Below are positions 8,786 through 17,553 of a stretch of DNA of 64,000 nucleotides, in pieces. Both the position numbers and the translations under genes were made by a program. Every line of letters begins with the position of its first letter. The first letter of the stretch is position 1. Source of the stretch: an uncultured Erysipelotrichaceae bacterium (GTDB lineage Bacteria; Bacillota_I; Bacilli_A; RFN20; CAG-826); contig CADCFC010000003.1 in the NCBI GenBank assembly GCA_902800645.1, positions 1,598-65,597 of the forward strand, in the 5' to 3' direction. The notes under the pieces were generated by a model. It was not told the origin of the DNA, did no database searches, and saw only the letters and a program-made list of their open reading frames with translations.

Positions 8786-11700
8786 TTTCTGCAAAACGTC
8801 TTTCTGATTCTGCATCATGATAAAAACAATCCGCGACATCATTTAAAATCAAGGCGCTTTTTGGAAAGCCTGTTTGTTTTAGCAAGCGTGACTCGCTCTT
8901 ATAATAATTGGCTTTAACAATAAGATCCGACCCATCGCCAATAGTCCTGACTCCAACACCATTCATTATCGAGGTACAATAACTCGATTTTAAATAATTA
9001 TAAGCCTTGTCATTTTGAATGTTTTCAATGAAATCGGCAACCTCTTTAGGAATTAGTAACCCCTCTTCTTTTTTTGAGTAAGCAAAAAGTTTCCCAAGGG
9101 ATGAATAAAATAGATAATCTTTTTCATCGAAGTCTGTTTTATAAATCAATTCACGATACTGATTAACCCATTGTTTAAATAAATTGCCATCAAAAACACC
9201 ATGATAATATCCAGGACAAAATTTTAAATCAAAATATAATAATCCAAACAGTGTTGCTTTTCTTTTAGAATCCTCTTCCTTCTTGATATAAACACTTTCA
9301 ATAAATTCAAAGTATGTCTCAGGGTGTTTACCTAAATGATTGTATAAACAAATCGGTTCGCACTCATGCGTTTTAATAGCCATGATTTCCAGAGAAGCAA
9401 TTTGAAGTTCAATTGTCTCGTTGTTTGTAGAGGAAAATCTTTCATGAAGGATGTCTAACAAAAGTGGAAGATACATTAAGTGACTAGATGAAATTGCACC
9501 TGGCTCTGCTTTTGTCAAGCATTCAAGTACAACATCGCCCAAATCGCTCCCTTTATAATTGTGAGCAAAAAAGTAAAGTGCTTCCAAAATTGGGCTTTTT
9601 AAAGAATTATCTCTTTTAAAAGCATCGTTTAAGCTTTCAATAGCAAATGTAATCGATTTAGGGTTGGAGCAATCAATATTCACATAACTTTTAAAATTTG
9701 ACCAATACAAATCTTGAACGCATCGCGGGAGGACCTGATACATACTAGCAAATTCATCATCATTAAGATTAAAAGGAACAACATACAAATACTCTAAAAG
9801 AGCTGATTCATTATTGGTGGCTTGTACTTGTTTTAAAATTGAATAGTAATTTTTCTTATCGTTGTAAAACAAATCTCTACCTAGATAAGAGAACAAAGCG
9901 CTAACATTAGGTGTCTTAGCTAATAAAACTTCAACAAATTGATTAAGACTTCTATTATTAACAGTCATTTCGAAATCTTTTGCAAAATAATAAAATCTGT
10001 CAAAAACATTCACTTTACCAGCATTTTCGTTAAAATGTTGATACAAATAATCTATCGAGAGTCTGTCTTTTTTAAATTTGGCATACACCGTTTCTAAGAA
10101 TTGTTCATTATTTTTTTCTTGAAGCGCATATGAATAATTATTGCTATCATAAACGACAGGATTCGGGTTTTTAATTTCAAAGGATGTAAAATAATCTATA
10201 TATTCGATTTCAGGATTATCCAATTTAATTTTTGGAATTAACAACTCAAAGTCCTTGATAACTTCTTCAGGCGCAGCCCACCCTGCATTAGCAAATTCTC
10301 TATTCTTATGTATAAATGATTTAATTCTATTTATAACAATCATTTTATCGTAATCATTAGCTTCCTTACATACAGACATTATCTTTTTAATAACCATTTC
10401 TCTTGCTTTATTGCCGAAATATACAAAAGAGTGTTTGTCTATAATCTCAGCAATCTGAGTGCAATTATTTGCATGCTCCAAAACAATATCATTGTAGAAA
10501 CTATACCTTTCAGAAATAACTTTGTTTGTTAGTTGTTGCTCTGGCATTTTAAATGTCAAATAGACTGGATGATTAAACGGCATCGCCGTATCTCCACCAC
10601 CCGAATATAAAAGATCTATGAACAAATTAAACGCCGCATTTGAATCAATTTTAAAAAGATGCCTGCAAAGTTCAGTTCTTTCTTCTTCTGTAGCAGGGGT
10701 TGCTTGAAACCACGCCAAGAAAAAAACATGTAAAGTAGACTTAGGCGAATTTGAAATCTGGTAGGAGAGATTAAGTTGATATAAAGAAAAGAGTGCTTCA
10801 ACGGCTTTTTTTCTTTCGCTATCGAAAAAGAGGATCTTTTCCAAACACCACAGAACATTTGTGTACCAATTTTTTCCAAATATAAAATCAGGTTTGGAAG
10901 ATTTGTTTAAAAATAGTTTGCATAGCCCTGACTTGTTTTTTATATCAGATGATATTTTGTCTATAGTTAAAGAAGCATTAATTTCAACAATCTTATCTAA
11001 ATAATCAGAAAGATACCTATAATGTTGATCTGTTTGATTCTCATCGATCCATTTAAAAAAAGTGTCAACAAGATTGGCTGTTTGATTTTTAAACTTTCCT
11101 TTTTCGTTCAAAAAGATTAACGAAATAAAAATGCTCTCGATAAGAGAAGGAGAATAAGAACTTTCGCTGTTTTTAAAGACTAAAGGACTATCTCCGTATT
11201 TATCCGGAAGTGTACATAAAACATTTTTTGCCAATTCAAAAAACTTATCTGCAATAGAAGATGAAATATCAGAATAAAATGATTCGAATGAGCCTTCATA
11301 ATCAAGAACGATGAGATTTGTTTGGTGAAAGTCTACTATTTCCTTTGCGTATGGAGTTTCCGATAAAGATGGCGGTTGTATCTCCTCAATATAATCACTA
11401 ATTCCAAGGCCACTTATCTTTTCGATAAAATCCGCATCAAGAGGATTATTAACTTGGAACTTTCTTATTAGTAAAGAAGTTGATAAAACACGGGACTTAA
11501 TTGACGACTTAATTCTCGCTTCAAATGTATCGGTTTCTTTGCATAGTATTCTGTAGAGATTTGGAAAAGTATTTTTTGATCTCCTCATCAAAGATGAAAT
11601 ATCATCACTCTTAAAATCACTCTTCTTCAATGCTTCTCTTGTTGATTTTGCAAGTCTAGGCCTCAAAGTGATTTGAACACCAGATACTTTCCATTTAGAG

Positions 11701-12482
11701 ACAATATGAATGTTCATATATTGTCTAAATGCAGGGATAGATTCATCGGTAAAAAATTCATTAATCAGAATAGAATTATTAGGCAAAGAATAATGCTGAA
11801 CATTTAAATAATCTGCTCGGCTATTAAAAATGAAAACTCTTGAATTATAATCATCAGGAAAAATCTTTTTAAGCTCGCATAACGTTGCATAAAGGGTTTC
11901 TAATTGATAAGTCCCTTTGATAAGCAGTGGATTATTAGGACCTCTAAGCGATTCACTTAATTCACCGGAAAAATGTGCATCCTGAAAATCAAATAAATCT
12001 AGAGTAAGTGGCTTATTTTTGTTGTCCCTTGAAGAACAAGAAAGATAGTTATTTAATTCATCAATGGTAAAGTAATTTAGATTATAATAATAGGACGATT
12101 TTAATTCTTCTAGTTCCTTATCAAGTTTTTGCTTATCTAGTTTTAGTTCTTCAATGCTGGAATGCATTAAATCCTGTTGAATCAAAACATATAATAATGG
12201 TTGACTAGCTTTAATTTTATCAAGCAATGAGGATAAAAAGGAATTAATATCACTGTCCAAATATCCCTTATTGATAAGTAATTCCTTTATTGCCTTCACC
12301 ACTTTAACAAGGCTTTGTCTATAAGTATATTTAGCGACATCTAAGACGGCATCATAATCTATGTTCTGATTTTCTTTTTGTGCAAGAATATAATAGCCTT
12401 CCCAAGACGCCTTGCTAGCAAACAATTCAATAGCTTTGTATAAAACTTTTATAATAGAGGGCGCCGCATCAATAAATTTCAT
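8778..12482 (-). CDS. 1234-aa predicted all-helical protein of unknown function, translationally coupled to the kinase
   Basis: Long uninterrupted ORF with a coiled-coil-like segment SSIEELKLDKQKLDKELEELK. I found no intact Walker A, TM or nuclease motif. Residues ~185-225 resemble a decayed P-loop core (PLLIKGTYQLETLYATL ... SRVFIFNS). Its stop overlaps the kinase start. Confidence 0.7.
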   Translation of the reverse strand: MKFIDAAPSIIKVLYKAIELFASKASWEGYYILAQKENQNIDYDAVLDVAKYTYRQSLVKVVKAIKELLINKGYLDSDINSFLSSLLDKIKASQPLLYVLIQQDLMHSSIEELKLDKQKLDKELEELKSSYYYNLNYFTIDELNNYLSCSSRDNKNKPLTLDLFDFQDAHFSGELSESLRGPNNPLLIKGTYQLETLYATLCELKKIFPDDYNSRVFIFNSRADYLNVQHYSLPNNSILINEFFTDESIPAFRQYMNIHIVSKWKVSGVQITLRPRLAKSTREALKKSDFKSDDISSLMRRSKNTFPNLYRILCKETDTFEARIKSSIKSRVLSTSLLIRKFQVNNPLDADFIEKISGLGISDYIEEIQPPSLSETPYAKEIVDFHQTNLIVLDYEGSFESFYSDISSSIADKFFELAKNVLCTLPDKYGDSPLVFKNSESSYSPSLIESIFISLIFLNEKGKFKNQTANLVDTFFKWIDENQTDQHYRYLSDYLDKIVEINASLTIDKISSDIKNKSGLCKLFLNKSSKPDFIFGKNWYTNVLWCLEKILFFDSERKKAVEALFSLYQLNLSYQISNSPKSTLHVFFLAWFQATPATEEERTELCRHLFKIDSNAAFNLFIDLLYSGGGDTAMPFNHPVYLTFKMPEQQLTNKVISERYSFYNDIVLEHANNCTQIAEIIDKHSFVYFGNKAREMVIKKIMSVCKEANDYDKMIVINRIKSFIHKNREFANAGWAAPEEVIKDFELLIPKIKLDNPEIEYIDYFTSFEIKNPNPVVYDSNNYSYALQEKNNEQFLETVYAKFKKDRLSIDYLYQHFNENAGKVNVFDRFYYFAKDFEMTVNNRSLNQFVEVLLAKTPNVSALFSYLGRDLFYNDKKNYYSILKQVQATNNESALLEYLYVVPFNLNDDEFASMYQVLPRCVQDLYWSNFKSYVNIDCSNPKSITFAIESLNDAFKRDNSLKSPILEALYFFAHNYKGSDLGDVVLECLTKAEPGAISSSHLMYLPLLLDILHERFSSTNNETIELQIASLEIMAIKTHECEPICLYNHLGKHPETYFEFIESVYIKKEEDSKRKATLFGLLYFDLKFCPGYYHGVFDGNLFKQWVNQYRELIYKTDFDEKDYLFYSSLGKLFAYSKKEEGLLIPKEVADFIENIQNDKAYNYLKSSYCTSIMNGVGVRTIGDGSDLIVKANYYKSESRLLKQTGFPKSALILNDVADCFYHDAESERRFAENE

Positions 12483-12499
12483 GTTAATTACCTAGTTTG

Positions 12500-12508
12500 A
12501 TTATATCA
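12500..12508 (-). promoter_or_regulatory. Possible extended -10 element (TGATATAAT) for the giant-protein/kinase operon
   Basis: The minus strand reads tTGATATAATcaaactAGGTaattaacATG. This would give a very short leader, and the -35 is poor. Confidence 0.3.
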
Positions 12509-12808
12509 AAATATCGTGGATGTATAAATATATCAAAATTAGGGAAAACTATATATAGAAATGATAATTGGAATTTTAAAGACTACTTTTAACCTTAAAA
12601 AACATAAAAGATTCATTTTATTGTATAAGTCATTATTATCACTTTACTTATTTTTTTATATAGCAAAAATCCATCTTACTTTTATCACAGATATACATTC
12701 ATCATATTTATTTATAGGTAAATTGACATCAACTTTGAAAGAATATCAAACTTAAAACGATATTTGTCCCCTTAAAGAAATAAAATCGAAAGACAAATGT
12801 ATTATGAA

Positions 12809-12847
12809 TCCTAAGTCTAGCGCGTCTGCAAGTTCCGCCACGCAAGC
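12809..12847 (-). pseudogene. Orphan 5' half of a tRNA-Leu(UAG)-like gene (acceptor strand, D-arm, 5' anticodon stem and loop only)
   Basis: Minus strand: GCTTGCG-TG-GCG-GAACTTGCAGA-CGC-G-CTAGA-CTTAGGA. This is colinear with the intact tRNA-Leu at 39550..39634 (GCGGATA-TG-GTG-GAATTGGTAGA-CAC-G-CAAGA-CTTAGAA). After the anticodon loop the sequence (TTCAT...) no longer pairs, and there is no variable arm, T-arm or CCA. Confidence 0.55.
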
Positions 12848-13011
12848 AAGATATTAAACGCGCAAACCTAATACCTTTCTAATTTATATCTTGAAAGATA
12901 AAATTAGCAAATGTTTTCTATAATTATATATAAAATATTGTTATAAAAAAACTCGGGTATCTAATCCCAAGTCGTTTATTCAACAATAAAATACAAGGAT
13001 ATAAATAAGCA

Positions 13012-13188
13012 CTAAAAATTAACAAACTTGCTCAACTCATCAATTGTGATTTGTTCTTCTTTATTATTGGTCGCACTTAAAACAACTGTGCCACTTTTTG
13101 TATATGTTAATTTAACGTACTTAGCGTTATTAGTTTTTTCTTCTTCTGCAGCACTTGGATTACTCAAAAGTTTGTCGATCTCGGACAT
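13012..13188 (-). CDS. 58-aa small hydrophilic protein, third gene of the AbiH-like operon
   Basis: Below the track's size cutoff. AGGAGTAAAAAA-ATG lies 24 nt after the stop of the 2-TM gene. Hand translation: MSEIDKLLSNPSAAEEEKTNNAKYVKLTYTKSGTVVLSATNNKEEQITIDELSKFVNF*. Confidence 0.45.
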   Translation of the reverse strand: MSEIDKLLSNPSAAEEEKTNNAKYVKLTYTKSGTVVLSATNNKEEQITIDELSKFVNF

Positions 13189-13212
13189 TTTTTTACTCCT
13201 AGAAATATAATA

Positions 13213-14061
13213 TCATTTCTTGTAATGTTCGCATAGCATTAATAGGCTTGGATAAGAAACATTACCTTCTTTTTTATAAATATCATAATAGAACAACTTA
13301 ACAACTTCTATAATGATATCTTTGAATTGAGCGTCCACCAATTCTCTGTCTAATAAATTGTTCATATATTGAATGGCCAAGCTCTCAAAGAAATTCAAAA
13401 CCTTTATTCTTCTTTCATGATAAATCCTTAACACTTGGGAACAACCAATCGTGTTTTTGTCTAATTTATATCCTTTTTCACCATTATAAACTTTGCTGAT
13501 GTGTTCAGAAAAACTATTACTCACAACATTAGGTTCAATAGTTAAAAACAAAATAGTCTTTTTAATTAAAAGGTTTTGATATTCATCTTCGTTTTCAAAT
13601 TCAGATTCAAACTTTTTAATTGCTTCTTCTTGAATCTCTAATGATGGCTCAACTTTTAATCTCGCCTTTTTAAGCGAACCCCTAACTTCAACTTGAACAT
13701 TTTTTGTGAAGCGATAAAGAGGGGTTGTACTGTAGTTAAATTCTTTGATTGCTTCAATAACTGCACCAAGCTTAGTTTCTTTCTCCTTCGCTCTTCGAGA
13801 ACGTTCATTAAATAAATACGTTCCAACCGCATTTAATAAAATACCGGCAGAAAATAGAGATCCAGCAATACCAATTGCAATCGTATGTAGTTCCTTTGTG
13901 TTAAAGTTCTTATTTTCTAGGAAAAAGAAAATCAATAAAACAACAATTGCAATAACACCAATAACGAGAAATGCTCCAACAAACACATAGAAAACAATTG
14001 TTGGAATCTTAATCTCGCGTTTATTTGTATCATAATTCTTTTTGTTATCTTTCATATACAT
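13213..14061 (-). CDS. Two-TM membrane protein with a cytoplasmic C-terminal domain (DUF4760-like by eye)
   Basis: Two hydrophobic helices: IPTIVFYVFVGAFLVIGVIAIVVLLIFFFL and TIAIGIAGSLFSAGILLNAVGTYLF. The C-terminal LNFFESLAIQYMNNLLDRELVDAQF...YPSLLMLCEHY resembles my memory of DUF4760-type proteins. It lies 43 nt downstream of the AbiH-like gene. Confidence 0.6.
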   Translation of the reverse strand: MYMKDNKKNYDTNKREIKIPTIVFYVFVGAFLVIGVIAIVVLLIFFFLENKNFNTKELHTIAIGIAGSLFSAGILLNAVGTYLFNERSRRAKEKETKLGAVIEAIKEFNYSTTPLYRFTKNVQVEVRGSLKKARLKVEPSLEIQEEAIKKFESEFENEDEYQNLLIKKTILFLTIEPNVVSNSFSEHISKVYNGEKGYKLDKNTIGCSQVLRIYHERRIKVLNFFESLAIQYMNNLLDRELVDAQFKDIIIEVVKLFYYDIYKKEGNVSYPSLLMLCEHYKK

Positions 14062-14104
14062 TATTATCTTATAACTTTATTCTACTGTCTATGTTAAATG
14101 GGGA

Positions 14105-15271
14105 TTAAATTTTTCTAATTTGTAGCCTGTTTTCCAATTGTAATCTGCTGATAATTGTAGTGACTTTTTCTTCACTTCCTGATTTTTTAGCGTAGTCGGT
14201 CAGTAATTTATAGACAGAAGAAACAAAAGCTGCTCTAATATTGGCGTTTTCTTCTTCGGTTTCTTTGTATTCTGTATAGCAAAATATAAGCGATATACCA
14301 CTATTGTAAATGTCATAATAATCAAACAACGAATGAAAATAAGAATAGTCCTGTGGGCCAAGAGAATGACCATAAATTTTGATTTTATTAATATTTTCTT
14401 TTTTAGGCAATTCATACGGCTTGTCGGATAGATTCATTTTTTGCCATGCTTTGCTCATTTTAATGCTCAAAGTTTCGTTGTCAGAAACATCACCTGAATC
14501 AAACCCAATAATAATTTCATTTTCTAAACTTCCGTGTATATTGTAATAATTTCTTTTGAATTCATGACTTTCCGAATCAACAAACCATTTCAATGGATTT
14601 GTGTAATTGAATGAAATAATTGAAGTTGGCTCAGAATAAAAGTTAATTAATTTGCTTAGCAGTTTTTTACAATTGTTGGTGTATTCAGTATCACTGACAA
14701 CACAATTACTAATATACTCCTTAAAATCGGCTTCAAACTTTAATAGTTCTAAATACAAATATGAGTATATATTAAAACCAGATACTTCTATTTTTATTTT
14801 ACGGAAATGTTTTTTGATTGAAACTAATTGACTACGTTCCCCAACAATGTATCCTGACATTCTTGTAGAAAACAAGGAATTCAAATAATCTAAGTAATTT
14901 GAGCAATTGATAGGGAGGTTTATATTCATCCATTTATCATCTTTTTTATTAAATGTAACAATCTTTTTAACGAAACTTTCAATATCCATCCAACGCGGAT
15001 TACTAATAGGAATTTTTTCAACAATTTGATTAAACTCGCTATCATAATAAGTTTCGTCGTAAAAAGCAAAATAAAACAACAAATACCAAATATTATCGCA
15101 CACAACGTTTAAATAAGTGTCAGCAGCGGATTTAATAGTTGAAATTTTTGTTTTAAAAAAATCATTAAAACTACTTTTAAGGCCACAGTTTAAATCAAAA
15201 CCATTGCCGATAACCAATAATGTTCCAATTATTTCATTTTCGCTTGGGCTAATTCTATTTTTTGTATTCAT
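14105..15271 (-). CDS. AbiH-like abortive-infection protein
   Basis: The N-terminal LLVIGNGFDLNCGLKSSFNDFF matches the AbiH signature (IIGNGFDLxHGLxTxYxDF). The C-terminal IKIYGHSLGPQDYSYFHSLF matches the second AbiH block (GHSLxxxDxxYF). Confidence 0.75.
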   Translation of the reverse strand: MNTKNRISPSENEIIGTLLVIGNGFDLNCGLKSSFNDFFKTKISTIKSAADTYLNVVCDNIWYLLFYFAFYDETYYDSEFNQIVEKIPISNPRWMDIESFVKKIVTFNKKDDKWMNINLPINCSNYLDYLNSLFSTRMSGYIVGERSQLVSIKKHFRKIKIEVSGFNIYSYLYLELLKFEADFKEYISNCVVSDTEYTNNCKKLLSKLINFYSEPTSIISFNYTNPLKWFVDSESHEFKRNYYNIHGSLENEIIIGFDSGDVSDNETLSIKMSKAWQKMNLSDKPYELPKKENINKIKIYGHSLGPQDYSYFHSLFDYYDIYNSGISLIFCYTEYKETEEENANIRAAFVSSVYKLLTDYAKKSGSEEKVTTIISRLQLENRLQIRKI

Positions 15272-15790
15272 TTCGTCATCATTATATATTACATGGCACT
15301 AGAATCATATTAATCTTAGTCATAAGATGGGCAAATTTATCAGTCCTCTAAAGTTTTTCATTACACAAAACAAAACTTAATAGTGCTAAATTATTTTTGA
15401 TTTAGTGGCATTCTTTTTCTTTGATTCTATCAGGCATAAGTATTTTATCTTTCTTGTATTTCTCTTATAAAAATTAAAGCATAACGAGTCACCCATTAAT
15501 AAATATTTAGGGACGACATTAATGTTATTTTTTAGAACTACGTAAAATAAGTCTTTCGTTTTCTTTTGCCATAAAACGCCCATCCAATTACATAGAATCA
15601 ACTTCTAATCCAATTTGTTCCTTGGGTTTTATGATAAATGTAATGCATATATCTAATTAGTTTTAATTTGTTTCTAGACTTACTGTTTTCTAATATACAA
15701 TTGATGTCATATCCGTATCTTTAAAGCAATTCCGACCGAAACAAATATTATTATTTTTTTCTTCAATTGATTTATAAATATATAGGAAAA

Positions 15791-15947
15791 AATAGATTCA
15801 TAATTGATAAGAATCAGCCATATAAATATAACATCGCCATCATCATTCTTGGTGAACTATTTAATGAAGGAATAATAGATATTTTTGATATAGCGGAATC
15901 TCTTATTAAATTAACAAAACTATATAATCTCCCAGTAATAGATATTT
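15791..15947. repeat. Island repeat, copy 2 (left-hand 157 nt only)
   Basis: Colinear without indels with 17213..17369 (about 85% identity by eye): aatagattcataattgataaRaatcagccatat...gatatttttgatatag...ctcttattaaatt... It diverges just before the hairpin half. Confidence 0.7.
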
Positions 15948-16208
15948 ATAAAAAAGAAAGTAATTCCACTACTTCAAAGCGGTTGCCATGGAAGGAACTT
16001 CCTGGGTAATTGCGCCTCCAAAAACGTTTAGCAAAATTTCTCATACATTAAAATAAAAAACAATAATTCTTTCATGGCAATCTAGTCATCTCCTTTCCTC
16101 TACTACCATCAAAAAATCCAACATAAAAATGTAGGTATTACCAAAAGCATTAATTTTTGATTTTTTATTCAGTAACGAAAAATAGTTTCCGACTGTAATA
16201 ATACAAAG

Positions 16209-17132
16209 CTAATCCTTTGACAAAATAAATGATTTGTTTGTTTTCTTTACTATAAAATTATTTGTCTTCTCACAGCAAACAAATCCGTCACTCCCAAAAG
16301 AAATTAGTTGAAATTTCATTTCTAGTTTTGGCTGTACCATGAAAAAATTTTGAAATGCAATAATTATATTAGGAATATTATCAACAAGAAATTTTTCCCA
16401 TTTAGCTGCCTCCTGACGATAAATGATTGATTTCAATGTTGAATCAATAGGGTTGCCGTTTGACATTGAACCACCACCAGCGTTAGTTAAAACCAAGCCA
16501 TTATCAAGAACGGCAAAACCATTGATATTACATTCTCTCAGGGCCTTTATGTCATTATTAGAAAGTTCTTTAGAAGCAACGCCATTAACAATAAATGGGC
16601 TTAATAAGTTTGGCCAATTCCGATATATTATTTCCAAATAATCCTTGTCCGTAAAGCAATGAATATCATTATGATCTTTTACGGTAATGAAATATACAAA
16701 ATAATCTGTAACCCATGCGATAATCAAATGGTTGCTTCTTTGAACTCTGCCATCAGTCCTATATCTCCTGGACAAATGAAAATGGAATAAATTCCAATCA
16801 TTCAGGATACCATCGTTGTAAGTAACGTCATCATACTTTTCAGTTAAAAAGGGTTTTAAATTGTCTCCGTTAATTATTTTTATTTCAAGTTCACTCAATG
16901 CCAGCTCATATCCAGACGGACAGACAAATGAATCAGACTTTTTAACTTGTCTAGGCATTGGTTTTATTGTTTTCTTCATCATCTTAAACATTTCAATAGG
17001 TGCATTTCGATTTACTGTTGGTGAAAACCCATTATTAACAATATTGCTTTTAGCAATTTTTTCACAATCTTTTTCGAAATCAATTTCAGCAATCCATAAA
17101 TATTTTTCAGGAATTTTGGCTTTGTAAATCAT
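16209..17132 (-). CDS. Hypothetical 307-aa protein (orphan cassette between two repeat copies)
   Basis: Clean ORF with no motif I can assign. It contains WNLFHFHLSRRYRTDGRVQRSNHLIIAWV. It is flanked by repeat copy 3 upstream and copy 2 downstream. Confidence 0.55.
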   Translation of the reverse strand: MIYKAKIPEKYLWIAEIDFEKDCEKIAKSNIVNNGFSPTVNRNAPIEMFKMMKKTIKPMPRQVKKSDSFVCPSGYELALSELEIKIINGDNLKPFLTEKYDDVTYNDGILNDWNLFHFHLSRRYRTDGRVQRSNHLIIAWVTDYFVYFITVKDHNDIHCFTDKDYLEIIYRNWPNLLSPFIVNGVASKELSNNDIKALRECNINGFAVLDNGLVLTNAGGGSMSNGNPIDSTLKSIIYRQEAAKWEKFLVDNIPNIIIAFQNFFMVQPKLEMKFQLISFGSDGFVCCEKTNNFIVKKTNKSFILSKD

Positions 17133-17212
17133 GAGTTAATTATAGGATAAATAAACTTGCAATATATCTTTTTTGATAAACTTATAGATATATGAGAAAG
17201 CAAAGAGAGATG

Positions 17213-17442
17213 AATAGATTCATAATTGATAAAAATCAGCCATATGGATATAACATCGCCATCATTATTTTTGGTAAACTACGTAATGAAGTAATGATAG
17301 ATATTTTTGATATAGTAAAAGCTCTTATTAAATTTAGGATACTATAAAATCTCCAAGTTATAGATATTCCGGCAAGTGTTTGTCTACGCCAACTACTAGC
17401 CATGAACAACCTCTAGGACAAACACGAGCCATATATCATTTT
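17213..17442. repeat. Island repeat, copy 3 (full length, ~230 nt)
   Basis: The left half matches copy 2 and the right half matches copy 1. The stem is GTGTTTGTC (17376..17384) / GACAAACAC (17417..17425) with a ~32-nt loop. Confidence 0.7.
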
Positions 17443-17553
17443 AGAATCCAACTGACATCCTAACGAATTCTAATGAATCCAAAGAATAAAATGCTTAACA
17501 TTAATCTCTTGATAACAAATAAATTATTATGGAGAGCATTACTCGACAATGTT

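Noticed and set aside
12561-12755. 64-aa plus-strand ORF in the spacer upstream of the giant-protein gene
   Set aside because: It has no RBS, gives a Leu/Phe/Ile-rich translation typical of random AT-rich DNA, and overlaps the likely promoter region.
15386-15601. 71-aa minus-strand ORF considered as another glycosyltransferase/capsule-gene remnant
   Set aside because: The sequence (GVLWQKKTKDLFYVVLKNNINVVPKYLL...) gave me no confident family match. It cannot be supported without a search.
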